NCBI RefSeq assembly: GCF_009931435.1
Contig: NZ_CP043414.1
Direction: 5' to 3' (one strand)
Source: Escherichia coli
Lineage (GTDB): Bacteria > Pseudomonadota > Gammaproteobacteria > Enterobacterales > Enterobacteriaceae
Length of the DNA: 64,000 nt
Positions within the stretch are counted from its first letter, which is position 1, and each line of letters starts with the position of its first letter. A program made the position numbers and the translations under genes. Below the pieces are notes generated by a model that saw nothing but the letters and a program-made list of their open reading frames with translations, ran no database searches and was not told where the DNA came from. This document shows positions 1 through 9,417 of this stretch, one piece after another.

Positions 1-422
1 TCAATCACGCTCATCGCCGTGGCGGTTTTGCTTACCTGCGCCAGCGAGCGGTTTAGTTGTTGGAGGGGGAAAAGTCGCGGGTCGGGAAAGGCCGAGGCAA
101 ACGGAACTACCGACGGATCGCGACTGGCCTGCAACATATCAAAAATATAGGTGTTGATATCGACTGCTTCATCTCGAGTGACTGGAATGACTGTCGCTTT
201 CGGCATTTTTATTGCCTGTGGCGCAACGTAATAACCCGATTGCGGTCGCGCGATAATATATCCCTGACTTTCGAGCAACTGATAGGCATGGCTGACAGTC
301 ATAAAGCTCATGCCAGAAAGCGCCACCTGGTCACGCAACGAAGGCAAACGATCTCCGGGTTGCCAGATACCCGACGCAATCTGCTCGCGTAATTGTTCTG
401 CAAGCTGCTGGTATTTTTTCAT
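1..422 (-). CDS. ydcR: MocR/GntR-family regulator YdcR (HTH plus aminotransferase-like domain), N-terminal part; gene continues beyond window start
   Basis: Minus-strand translation from ATG at 422-420 reads MKKYQQLAEQLREQIASGIWQPGDRLPSLRDQVALSGMSFMTVSHAYQLLE..., a GntR-type winged HTH; no stop before position 1. Listed +strand ORF 57-392 is its antisense. Confidence 0.8.
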   Translation of the reverse strand, partial: MKKYQQLAEQLREQIASGIWQPGDRLPSLRDQVALSGMSFMTVSHAYQLLESQGYIIARPQSGYYVAPQAIKMPKATVIPVTRDEAVDINTYIFDMLQASRDPSVVPFASAFPDPRLFPLQQLNRSLAQVSKTATAMSVI

Positions 423-500
423 TATCGAATCGTTATTATGTGCAGGTGATTCGGCAGTCTATATCAGTTGTTAAAAATGACAACTTTTCATTAACTGTTA

Positions 501-626
<126 letters not shown>

Positions 627-835
627 GTACCCACAATAACACGAGGGGGTACAACAATGAACATCGGTAAAGCAATCATCAACTACGCAGCGCGTCGCAA
701 CATGGACATTACCTGATTGACGATGAGACCGTGGCGTTCTGGGAAGCGGATAACGATTGTGAATGGATGTTCTCCTACATGATTGGTAATGATGGTTTCC
801 TCCACTTTAAAGGCAATGTGTATCTGCTGTAGTGG

Positions 836-1656
<821 letters not shown>

Positions 1657-1700
1657 GTTGCATACAACGGCAACAGGAAACCGCGCCCTGAGTTTCTCAA

Positions 1701-2012
<312 letters not shown>

Positions 2013-2088
2013 AATGTCACCTGTTTTTGACTATGAGGCGATGATATCACCTCTATTCAGGTGGCCAAATTCAGTGTGCCACTACAGT

Positions 2089-2265
2089 ATGGCTAAGATG
2101 GAATCAGAGATTAAATCACTTAAAGCTGATAACGCCGCATTACGAAAGAGTTTAAAACTGATTGATGAGACTAATGCGGTTATGATGGATCATGTATTCC
2201 CTGAGTGGCGAAATGAAACTAAACCTACACAATATAAGAAACCTACACTTCGAGTGGTTGCATAA
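2089..2265 (+). CDS. Hypothetical 58-aa coiled-coil protein, possibly a gene fragment truncated by the adjacent IS
   Basis: ATG at 2089 directly abuts the IS end (2086) with no Shine-Dalgarno; reads MAKMESEIKSLKADNAALRKSLKLIDETNAVMMDHVFPEWRNETKPTQYKKPTLRVVA. The listed ORF 2014-2265 begins inside the IS terminus. Confidence 0.3.
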   Translation: MAKMESEIKSLKADNAALRKSLKLIDETNAVMMDHVFPEWRNETKPTQYKKPTLRVVA

Positions 2266-2269
2266 AAAA

Positions 2270-2296
2270 AGGGACTCCGAAGAGTCCCTAGTAAGT
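2270..2296 (-). terminator. Intrinsic terminator (minus strand)
   Basis: Hairpin GGGACTC-TTCG-GAGTCCC followed by a run of seven T on the minus strand. Confidence 0.65.
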
Positions 2297-2371
2297 TTAG
2301 GTTAGGTTTGCACAACAAAGATGAGGTTATAATGAACATAATGCTACATTATTCTTTAAAGCCAGAAAAAT

Positions 2372-2392
2372 AACCGCCCCGAAGGGCGGGAG
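2372..2392 (-). terminator. Intrinsic terminator (minus strand) downstream of the small membrane-protein genes
   Basis: Minus-strand hairpin CCGCCC-TTCG-GGGCGG followed by TTATTTTTCT. Confidence 0.6.
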
Positions 2393-2547
2393 GATTAATA
2401 CTCAATCTATACTTGTTATGTTTTTATGTTGTATAGATCACTGACTATGAAAACACTGTACTGGAGTGTGTTTTATGGCTTTTAATCGGGAATCCTCAAA
2501 GAAGATCCCCTGTTAATAACCATAAGGAGAAAAGGCAGATTACACTA

Positions 2548-2721
2548 TTATTTAGCATCCTTTTTACAGCAACTAAAAAGAATAAACAGGATTAAACATC
2601 CCCAGCCGTAAGGTGTACCAATTAGAAATTTGAAAAACACCACCATCGATATAAAAATCAATTTAATGCCAGCGACGATAGTCAAAAACAGCAGAGTAGC
2701 AAAGTAGACAAAAAGATCCAT
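2548..2721 (-). CDS. Small hydrophobic protein (57 aa, about two TM segments, basic C-terminus); not in ORF track (under 60 aa)
   Basis: Manual translation MDLFVYFATLLFLTIVAGIKLIFISMVVFFKFLIGTPYGWGCLILFILFSCCKKDAK; ATG 2721-2719, TAA stop 2550-2548; co-directional with upstream genes and followed by the terminator at 2372-2392. Confidence 0.45.
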   Translation of the reverse strand: MDLFVYFATLLFLTIVAGIKLIFISMVVFFKFLIGTPYGWGCLILFILFSCCKKDAK

Positions 2722-2770
2722 AGATAATCCTCTTTGAAAACGACCATCATCTATAGTTCAATTCATCGAT

Positions 2771-2953
2771 TTAATTAATGATACTTGAAAGCGTTACACA
2801 CAGCAGAAATGCCAATATGTGCCATGAATATACGATAGTTAATCCTACAGTAAGACAAATCAAAAATTCAACCATAGGTAAATCCTCAAATAAGAAAAAG
2901 GTTAGCGGGGGGTGATTCCCCCCGTAGACGTTGACCAGCTCAACATCTTTCAT
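2771..2953 (-). CDS. Small hydrophobic protein (60 aa, about two TM segments)
   Basis: ORF-track protein MKDVELVNVYGGNHPPLTFFLFEDLPMVEFLICLTVGLTIVYSWHILAFLLCVTLSSIIN; starts 21 nt after the stop of the Nu1-like gene. Confidence 0.5.
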   Translation of the reverse strand: MKDVELVNVYGGNHPPLTFFLFEDLPMVEFLICLTVGLTIVYSWHILAFLLCVTLSSIIN

Positions 2954-2973
2954 ACATTTATTTATAACGCGTT

Positions 2974-3525
2974 TTAAGACACATCAAATTCATCGTCTTC
3001 TTCTGGTTCTTGTTCCGGTTCATCCATTAATGGTAATTCTTCTTCCTCGTCTTCTCCCAAATCAGCATTTTCGAACAAGTCCCCTACTTCATTTAAACGA
3101 AGCTCGATGATCTCCCTTAGCTTATTCTTCAATGTTTTCTGATCAGTGGCGGATTCTAAAATTTCTAGGGCATCGATTGTGGCGATCTGCAAGATAGTCT
3201 GCTTCACCTTCCCACAATATTCAGCTAGTTCCTGTTCTACATACCCGACCGGAATCAGGAGATTCATTGCTTCCTGGTTCTCTCGTTCGGCTGCATCTGC
3301 TAATGCTCTCTCACGGCGTAATTTCTCTACGTCGATTTGTTCCTTGATAGAAGTTTCTTTAAGCGGGTTAATGATGTTCTTCAAGACCCAATCACACCCA
3401 GGCTTCGCCGGGACACGTCTTGTATTTGTGTTATAAGGTAGACCCCTTTCTAACCATTTCTTAGCGGCGTTAATTGTATAGCCGTATAAGCGGGAAATTT
3501 CTGTAAGGGTTAATTCTTCTTTCAT
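2974..3525 (-). CDS. Putative DNA-binding protein resembling phage terminase small subunit Nu1 (N-terminal winged HTH, acidic C-terminal tail); orphan, no large terminase nearby
   Basis: Translation MKEELTLTEISRLYGYTINAAKKWLERGLPYNT...EKLRRERALADAAERE...DEEEELPLMDEPEQEPEEDDEFDVS has the layout of lambda gpNu1 as recalled. Start set at the second ATG (3525) because a GGAGG lies about 9 nt upstream; the listed ORF begins at 3540. Confidence 0.55.
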   Translation of the reverse strand: MKEELTLTEISRLYGYTINAAKKWLERGLPYNTNTRRVPAKPGCDWVLKNIINPLKETSIKEQIDVEKLRRERALADAAERENQEAMNLLIPVGYVEQELAEYCGKVKQTILQIATIDALEILESATDQKTLKNKLREIIELRLNEVGDLFENADLGEDEEEELPLMDEPEQEPEEDDEFDVS

Positions 3526-3886
3526 CCGGTTATCCTCCATTAAATTTGCGTAAAATTATTTATCTGATCTACGCATTCAGGAGAGCGCCTAAAACGCTTT
3601 CTAACGACATGAAAGATCTAGGCGTGGAAAGGAATTGGCGGGTGTTAATAGTCGCGTAGCGACCGCGCTGGTGGGCTGCACTGCACCTGTTTTGAAATCT
3701 CACACGCACATCAAATACCGGGGTGCCGAAAACTCCCTTTATTTCATCCGCGGAACAGTACCTTTTTAATTTGTCAAGCATTAATTTCTTAATTTAATTA
3801 CTAAATCTCACCCCAATAATTGAAAAAATATCAAAAATCAATAAAGTAAGCATCTAAAAGTCAGTCCATACCAAAAGAGGTATAAA

Positions 3887-4666
3887 ATGAAAAACATTAT
3901 CGCTGCTATCGTGCTTTCTGCTACTGCTTTCGGTGCTGATGCTGCGTCCTTTGATTGCACTAAGGCTATAACCAAATCAGAGAAGTTTATTTGTGCTAAT
4001 GAGTCAATCTCCGCACTGGATTCTAAACTTCATGAAGTATATGTTAAGGCTGTTAAGATTGATCCGTCTCTTAAACAAGAGCAACGCAACTGGAATAAAA
4101 CTGTTCGTGATACAATGATCAATATCGGGCAGATTCAGCCACTGGAGGCTGTATACAACGCTCAAATCCAAAACTTGATGAATGTATTATCTAAAGAAGA
4201 AACCGCGTCAGAGAGCGTTACAGATGATTCTGCAAAGGTTGAAGAAGAACAACCGAAACAGGAAGAAGTAAAGAAACTGAATGTTACCGCGATTTACGCA
4301 TGTACTGCAAAATTTACATGGAAAGTTATCGATGGTGAGGAAACAGAAGCTGTAAAAGATTACTTATACGGAAACAAAGATCATGATGATAAAGGCGGTA
4401 AACTTAAAATCAAACTGGTAGATGATGTTCCTGTGTATTTTGTTTACACCGACAAATATAACGTTTATAAATCACCACTCAAACCAGCTAAAGAAAATCC
4501 AAACGCAATGGAGGGTAAATCCAAACAGGATACTATTGGACGTGTTAACACTTATAACATCTGGGTAAGCAAAAAAGGTGACATGCGTCTTGAAGTTATT
4601 GAACCAAAATATGATTCTGAATATAAACACACTCAATTTGCATGTGACATGGTAGACGCAGAGTAA
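3887..4666 (+). CDS. Secreted/periplasmic protein with N-terminal DUF1311 (LprI-like lysozyme-inhibitor fold) domain and an uncharacterised C-terminal domain
   Basis: Signal peptide MKNIIAAIVLSATAFGADA; motif FDCTKAITKSEKFICANESISALDSKLHEVY typical of DUF1311; acidic linker; Shine-Dalgarno AGAGG 8 nt upstream. Confidence 0.75.
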   Translation: MKNIIAAIVLSATAFGADAASFDCTKAITKSEKFICANESISALDSKLHEVYVKAVKIDPSLKQEQRNWNKTVRDTMINIGQIQPLEAVYNAQIQNLMNVLSKEETASESVTDDSAKVEEEQPKQEEVKKLNVTAIYACTAKFTWKVIDGEETEAVKDYLYGNKDHDDKGGKLKIKLVDDVPVYFVYTDKYNVYKSPLKPAKENPNAMEGKSKQDTIGRVNTYNIWVSKKGDMRLEVIEPKYDSEYKHTQFACDMVDAE

Positions 4667-5226
4667 GAGGTGAAATGATGCAATTCAATAGCATGAAGAT
4701 TACTCAAAAATGGTGGGATGCGATGAAAGCTAACCACCAGAACGATATTAATTAAGTAACATTTTAGATATACAGCACCCAGCTAACAGATCACCTTTTA
4801 TGGATTTCATTATAACCCCTTTGATCTGGAAACTATGTTAATTAGTTGATTTCTAAGCCTTGTCCTTGTGATGGGGCTTTTTATTGCAAAATTTTTAGTT
4901 ATTTTGGGTTGACTACATTCGGGTTGCCAATTCGCCTGGCTAACTCTTGCTGAGTGATTTCTGACTGTAAAAAAGCATTTAACAGCAATACCTTAGAGGC
5001 GACGCTCAAAGGCACTTCAATAAAGTGATCGTGACTATTTAATGGCGAAGTTTACCTCCGTGTGTAATGTGCTCGAAAATAGCACTAAATCGCCGCAACG
5101 GCAGAATGCAATGCAAAATCAGGAAGGAAGATTCCAGAATTTCTTTGCGCTAATTTGCAAAACTGAATAATAACCTCAAGAAACGATCGGCATCATAGCG
5201 GCAAAAGGTCAGAAAAAGGTGGCGGG

Positions 5227-5457
5227 ATGTTTTCGAAGGCGTTATCGGTTGTCTTATTAACGTGTGCACTGTTCTCAGGACAACTCATGGCAGGGCACAA
5301 AGGACATGAATTTATGTGGGTAAAGAATGTGGATCATCAGCTGCGTCATGAAGCGGACAGCGATGAATTGCGTGCCGTGGCGGAAGAGTCGGCGGAAGGT
5401 TTGCGCGAGCATTTTTACTGGCAAAAATCGCGCAAACCAGAAGCAGGACAGCATTGA
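5227..5457 (+). CDS. yncJ: Small secreted protein YncJ
   Basis: 76-aa ORF MFSKALSVVLLTCALFSGQLMAGHKGHEF...WQKSRKPEAGQH, near-identical to E. coli YncJ as recalled. Confidence 0.9.
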   Translation: MFSKALSVVLLTCALFSGQLMAGHKGHEFMWVKNVDHQLRHEADSDELRAVAEESAEGLREHFYWQKSRKPEAGQH

Positions 5458-5467
5458 GTCGTATGAT

Positions 5468-5497
5468 GCCGGATGCGGCGTGACGCCTTACCCGGCC
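5468..5497. repeat. REP (repetitive extragenic palindromic) element
   Basis: GCCGGATGCGGCGTGACGCCTTACCCGGCC between convergent yncJ and ydcP. Confidence 0.6.
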
Positions 5498-5548
5498 AAC
5501 AAGATCATGCAGACTCAATGAGCTGAGAATAACCTGAAAACCTGCGTT

Positions 5549-7552
5549 TTATCCTTTACGCTTCGGCAATGTTTTTAGCAGCTCATCCGGGCTTACGGAG
5601 GCGACAACACTCCCTGGTAACGGCATTTTAAGAATGTGATTTTTGATTTTGCCAATGACGTGCATCTCACATGGGCGACAATCGAACTTTAGCGTTAATA
5701 CTTCATCGCCATTAACCAGTTGCATTGGCGTCGCCTTCCAGCTTTTGATGTTACCTTTTGCCTGTTTCGGACACAGATTGAAGGCAAAGCGCAGACAATG
5801 CTTGGTGATCATTACCGGCACTTCCCCCTTCTCTTCATGCGCTTCATACGCCGCATCAATCAGTTGCACACCATAGCGATGATAAAATTCACGCGCTTTC
5901 TGGTTGTAAACGTTCGCGAGGAAACTCAAATGCGTTTGCGGATAAACCGGCGCAGGGTCAGCAACCGGTTTACGACTGCCGCGCTGATAACTGGCAAGAC
6001 GTGCAGCATCCAGCATGTCAACGGCTTCACGGCGGAACTGATTTAACAGACTGTTCGGTACAAACAGCGCACCAGGCAGGTTAATTTGCACATCGCGGGC
6101 GTAATAGATGGTTTGCCCCAGCTTAGCCAGACCATCTTTCAGGTTATTAAGCGCTTTTTCGGCGTTATTAGCTTCGTCGAATTGTCCATCCAGCGTATGC
6201 GTGACGCTGACGCCCTCTTCACTGGTCAGGGTCAGAATCAGTTGTTCCTGCCAGCCGCCCAGTTCAATGTCTACCGCTACGCGACGTTCGCTGGATGTTT
6301 TGGTCAACGCCTGCTGCCAGTTATGGTCCAGATTACGATTAAGCGGATGATGCGGACGAATTTTATGCAAATCCGCAGGCATCTCATTTGGCCAGACGCG
6401 GTACTGATTTTGCCCGGTTTTTTCGACTGTATTGGCGCGAAAGCCAACCACTTCACGTTTAATCATCACATTCAGACCATCGCCATTTGCTAACGGCTCG
6501 GTGACGGCAACATCAATATGATCTTTCGCTACTTTCAATACTTCGCCCACCGGCAGGCCAATGAATTTCGGTGAATCGAACGCGCCAATATCGCCTTTAC
6601 GCGCGTTAACAAAGTAGTCTGTGCTGCCTCGGTGGAAAGTCTTTTCCGTCGACGGGACAAAGAAATGTTCAGTACGACCTGATGACGCACGCGCCAGATC
6701 GCCACGTTCTTCAATAATGGCATCCAGCATCTGGCGATAATGTGCGGTGATATTCTTCACGTAACTCATATCTTTGTAACGCCCTTCAATCTTGAAGGAG
6801 CGCACGCCAGCATCAATCAGCGCGCCGAGGTTGGCAGTCTGATCGTTATCTTTCATCGACAGCAGATGTTTTTCATAGGAAACCACCCGCCCCTGATCGT
6901 CTTTCAATGTGTATGGCAAACGGCACGCCTGCGAGCAATCGCCACGGTTGGCGCTACGCCCTGTTTGCGCATGAGAAATGTAGCACTGACCCGAATAGGC
7001 CACGCACAATGCACCATGAATAAAGAATTCAATGGTCGCGTCCGTGGCCTGGTGAATCGCGCGGATCTGCTCAAGATTCAGCTCTCGCGCCAGCACAATC
7101 TGCGTAAAGCCAACATCAGAGAGGAACTTCGCTTTTTCTACTGTGCGAATATCGCACTGCGTACTGGCGTGCAGTTCAATCGGCGGAATATCAAGTTCCA
7201 GAATCCCCATATCCTGAACAATCAGCGCATCGACGCCGGTCTGGTAGAGGTCGGTAATCAGCCGTTGCGCAGGTTCCAGCTCATCATCATGCAAAATGGT
7301 GTTAAGCGTGACGAAAATTTTTGCACCATAACGATGGGCAAACGGCACCAGTTCGGCAATATCTTTCAGGCTATTACTGGCATTATGACGGGCACCAAAA
7401 CCAGGGCCGCCGATATAAACAGCATCGGCACCGTGCAAAATAGCTTCGCGGGCAATGGCGGCATCGCGTGCCGGGCTTAACAGTTCAAGTCGATGAGAAG
7501 ATACGGTCACATTCTTATCCAGTAGCTGAAAAATGGCGGCTATTTTAGCCAC
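5549..7552 (-). CDS. ydcP: Peptidase U32-family protein YdcP (RlhA)
   Basis: 667-aa ORF with U32 peptidase-like core; the true start may be a few codons inside the listed ORF. Confidence 0.85.
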   Translation of the reverse strand: MAKIAAIFQLLDKNVTVSSHRLELLSPARDAAIAREAILHGADAVYIGGPGFGARHNASNSLKDIAELVPFAHRYGAKIFVTLNTILHDDELEPAQRLITDLYQTGVDALIVQDMGILELDIPPIELHASTQCDIRTVEKAKFLSDVGFTQIVLARELNLEQIRAIHQATDATIEFFIHGALCVAYSGQCYISHAQTGRSANRGDCSQACRLPYTLKDDQGRVVSYEKHLLSMKDNDQTANLGALIDAGVRSFKIEGRYKDMSYVKNITAHYRQMLDAIIEERGDLARASSGRTEHFFVPSTEKTFHRGSTDYFVNARKGDIGAFDSPKFIGLPVGEVLKVAKDHIDVAVTEPLANGDGLNVMIKREVVGFRANTVEKTGQNQYRVWPNEMPADLHKIRPHHPLNRNLDHNWQQALTKTSSERRVAVDIELGGWQEQLILTLTSEEGVSVTHTLDGQFDEANNAEKALNNLKDGLAKLGQTIYYARDVQINLPGALFVPNSLLNQFRREAVDMLDAARLASYQRGSRKPVADPAPVYPQTHLSFLANVYNQKAREFYHRYGVQLIDAAYEAHEEKGEVPVMITKHCLRFAFNLCPKQAKGNIKSWKATPMQLVNGDEVLTLKFDCRPCEMHVIGKIKNHILKMPLPGSVVASVSPDELLKTLPKRKG

Positions 7553-7582
7553 AAGCGCGACGTTGCGAAATAGTTTTCCCGC

Positions 7583-8119
7583 TTAACTGCGTGGGTAATG
7601 GATGAGGGAATGAAAATGTACGATTTGCTCCCCACCATTACGATAGACATGCGTAACGTCTGCAGCAAATCGAGCGCCTTCTCCACAATTAAGGCTCTGC
7701 CATTCACCATCAACGCACAGATCAAGTTGCCCATCAATGACGACAACATGTTCGATTACTCCCTTCTCATGGGGCGTCGATTCACTTATTGCACCGGGAG
7801 CCATCTGAATTGAGAAGTGTTCAAAGCAGAGTTGCGGATCATAAGGAAACAGCGAAGTGATCACCATCGCCTGCTGTTGCGGATCATAAACTGAAGGCGT
7901 AGCGGACTGCGGCGGAGAAATAAATGTCGAAAATGGCACATTCAACCCGGTGGCAATTTTCCATAATGTCGCGACCGTCGGGCTGGACTCATTACGCTCA
8001 ATCTGCCCTAACATCGCTTTAGAAACCCCCGTCGCTTCTGCCAGTCGCGAAAGACTCCAGCCGCGCTGCTGACGCAGATGTTTAAGTGTAGTGGATAAAA
8101 AGCGAGTGAGATTTTCCAT
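7583..8119 (-). CDS. sutR: HTH-XRE plus cupin transcriptional regulator SutR (YdcN)
   Basis: 178-aa ORF with N-terminal XRE HTH (LRQQRGWSLSRLAEATGVSKAMLGQIERNESSPTVATLWKIATGL) and C-terminal cupin. Confidence 0.9.
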   Translation of the reverse strand: MENLTRFLSTTLKHLRQQRGWSLSRLAEATGVSKAMLGQIERNESSPTVATLWKIATGLNVPFSTFISPPQSATPSVYDPQQQAMVITSLFPYDPQLCFEHFSIQMAPGAISESTPHEKGVIEHVVVIDGQLDLCVDGEWQSLNCGEGARFAADVTHVYRNGGEQIVHFHSLIHYPRS

Positions 8120-8210
8120 GTGACTCCTCCGGCAAAGCGGAAGTTTATCACTTGTGCGTTATAACGGACAAATGCTACGGTACCTGTACGCTATAACGCA
8201 CGAGGTGACC

Positions 8211-9383
8211 ATGCGTCTGTTTTCTATTCCTCCACCCACGCTACTGGCGGGGTTTCTGGCGGTATTAATTGGCTACGCCAGTTCAGCGGCAATAATCTGG
8301 CAAGCAGCGATTGTCGCCGGAGCCACCACTGCACAAATCTCTGGCTGGATGACGGCGCTGGGGCTGGCAATGGGCGTCAGTACGCTGGCTCTGACATTAT
8401 GGTATCGCGTACCTGTTCTCACCGCATGGTCAACGCCTGGCGCGGCTTTGTTGGTCACCGGATTACAGGGACTAACACTTAACGAAGCCATCGGCGTTTT
8501 TATTGTCACCAACGCGTTAATAGTCCTCTGCGGCATAACGGGACTCTTTGCTCGTCTGATGCGCATTATTCCGCACTCGCTTGCGGCGGCAATGCTTGCC
8601 GGGATTTTATTACGCTTTGGTTTACAGGCGTTTGCCAGTCTGGATGGTCAGTTTACGTTATGCGGTAGTATGTTGCTGGCGTGGCTGGCGACAAAAACTT
8701 ATGCGCCGCGTTATGCGGTAATTGCGGCGATGATAGTTGGCATCGTAATCGTTATTTTACAAGGTGACGTTGTCACAGGGGATATTGCCTTTAAACCCGT
8801 TCTCCCCGCTTATATTGCCCCTGAATTTTCGTTTGCTCACAGTCTGAGCGTTGCACTCCCCCTTTTTCTGGTGACGATGGCATCGCAAAACGCACCGGGT
8901 ATTGCGGCAATGAAAGCGGCCGGGTATTCGGCTCCTGTTTCGCCGTTGATTGTATTTACTGGATTGCTGGCGCTGGTATTTTCCCCTTTCGGGGTTTATT
9001 CCGTTGGTATTGCAGCAATCACCGCGGCTATTTGCCAAAGCCCGGAAGCGCATCCGGATAAAGATCAACGTTGGCTGGCAGCTGCCGTCGCAGGCGTTGT
9101 TTATTTGTTTGCAGGTCTGTTTGGTAGCGCCATAACTGGAATGATGGCCGCGCTGCCCGTGAGTTGGATCCAGATGCTGGCAGGTCTGGCGCTGTTGAGT
9201 ACCATTGGCGGCAGTTTGTATCAGGCGCTGCATAATGAGCGTGAGCGAGACGCGGCGGTGGTGGCATTTCTGGTAACGGCAAGTGGATTGACGCTGGTCG
9301 GGATTGGTTCTGCGTTCTGGGGATTAATTGCCGGAGGCGTTTGTTACGTGGTGTTGAATTTAATCGCTGACAGAAACCGATAA
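8211..9383 (+). CDS. ydcO: BenE-family inner-membrane transporter YdcO
   Basis: Polytopic membrane ORF; start placed at the ATG at 8211 (GAGGTG Shine-Dalgarno just upstream) rather than the listed 8154. Confidence 0.85.
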   Translation: MRLFSIPPPTLLAGFLAVLIGYASSAAIIWQAAIVAGATTAQISGWMTALGLAMGVSTLALTLWYRVPVLTAWSTPGAALLVTGLQGLTLNEAIGVFIVTNALIVLCGITGLFARLMRIIPHSLAAAMLAGILLRFGLQAFASLDGQFTLCGSMLLAWLATKTYAPRYAVIAAMIVGIVIVILQGDVVTGDIAFKPVLPAYIAPEFSFAHSLSVALPLFLVTMASQNAPGIAAMKAAGYSAPVSPLIVFTGLLALVFSPFGVYSVGIAAITAAICQSPEAHPDKDQRWLAAAVAGVVYLFAGLFGSAITGMMAALPVSWIQMLAGLALLSTIGGSLYQALHNERERDAAVVAFLVTASGLTLVGIGSAFWGLIAGGVCYVVLNLIADRNR

Positions 9384-9385
9384 TA

Positions 9386-9412
9386 AAAAGCGCCATCTTA
9401 CGATGGCGCGGC
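9386..9412 (-). terminator. Hairpin/terminator between convergent ydcO and ydcL
   Basis: GCGCCATC-TTAC-GATGGCGC stem with a T-run on the minus strand. Confidence 0.6.
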
Positions 9413-9417
9413 TGGAA

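Noticed and set aside
57-392. Listed 111-aa plus-strand ORF
   Set aside because: Antisense to the recognisable ydcR N-terminus on the minus strand; no independent support.
2014-2088. 5' extension of listed ORF 2014-2265
   Set aside because: These codons lie within the IS terminal inverted repeat; the only plausible start is the ATG at 2089, and even that lacks a ribosome-binding site.
3569-3781. Listed 70-aa minus-strand ORF in the divergent intergenic region
   Set aside because: No Shine-Dalgarno and it sits in a probable promoter/leader region; kept only as a regulatory-region observation.
6740-7480. Listed 246-aa plus-strand ORF
   Set aside because: Antisense to ydcP, whose frame carries the recognisable U32 peptidase core.
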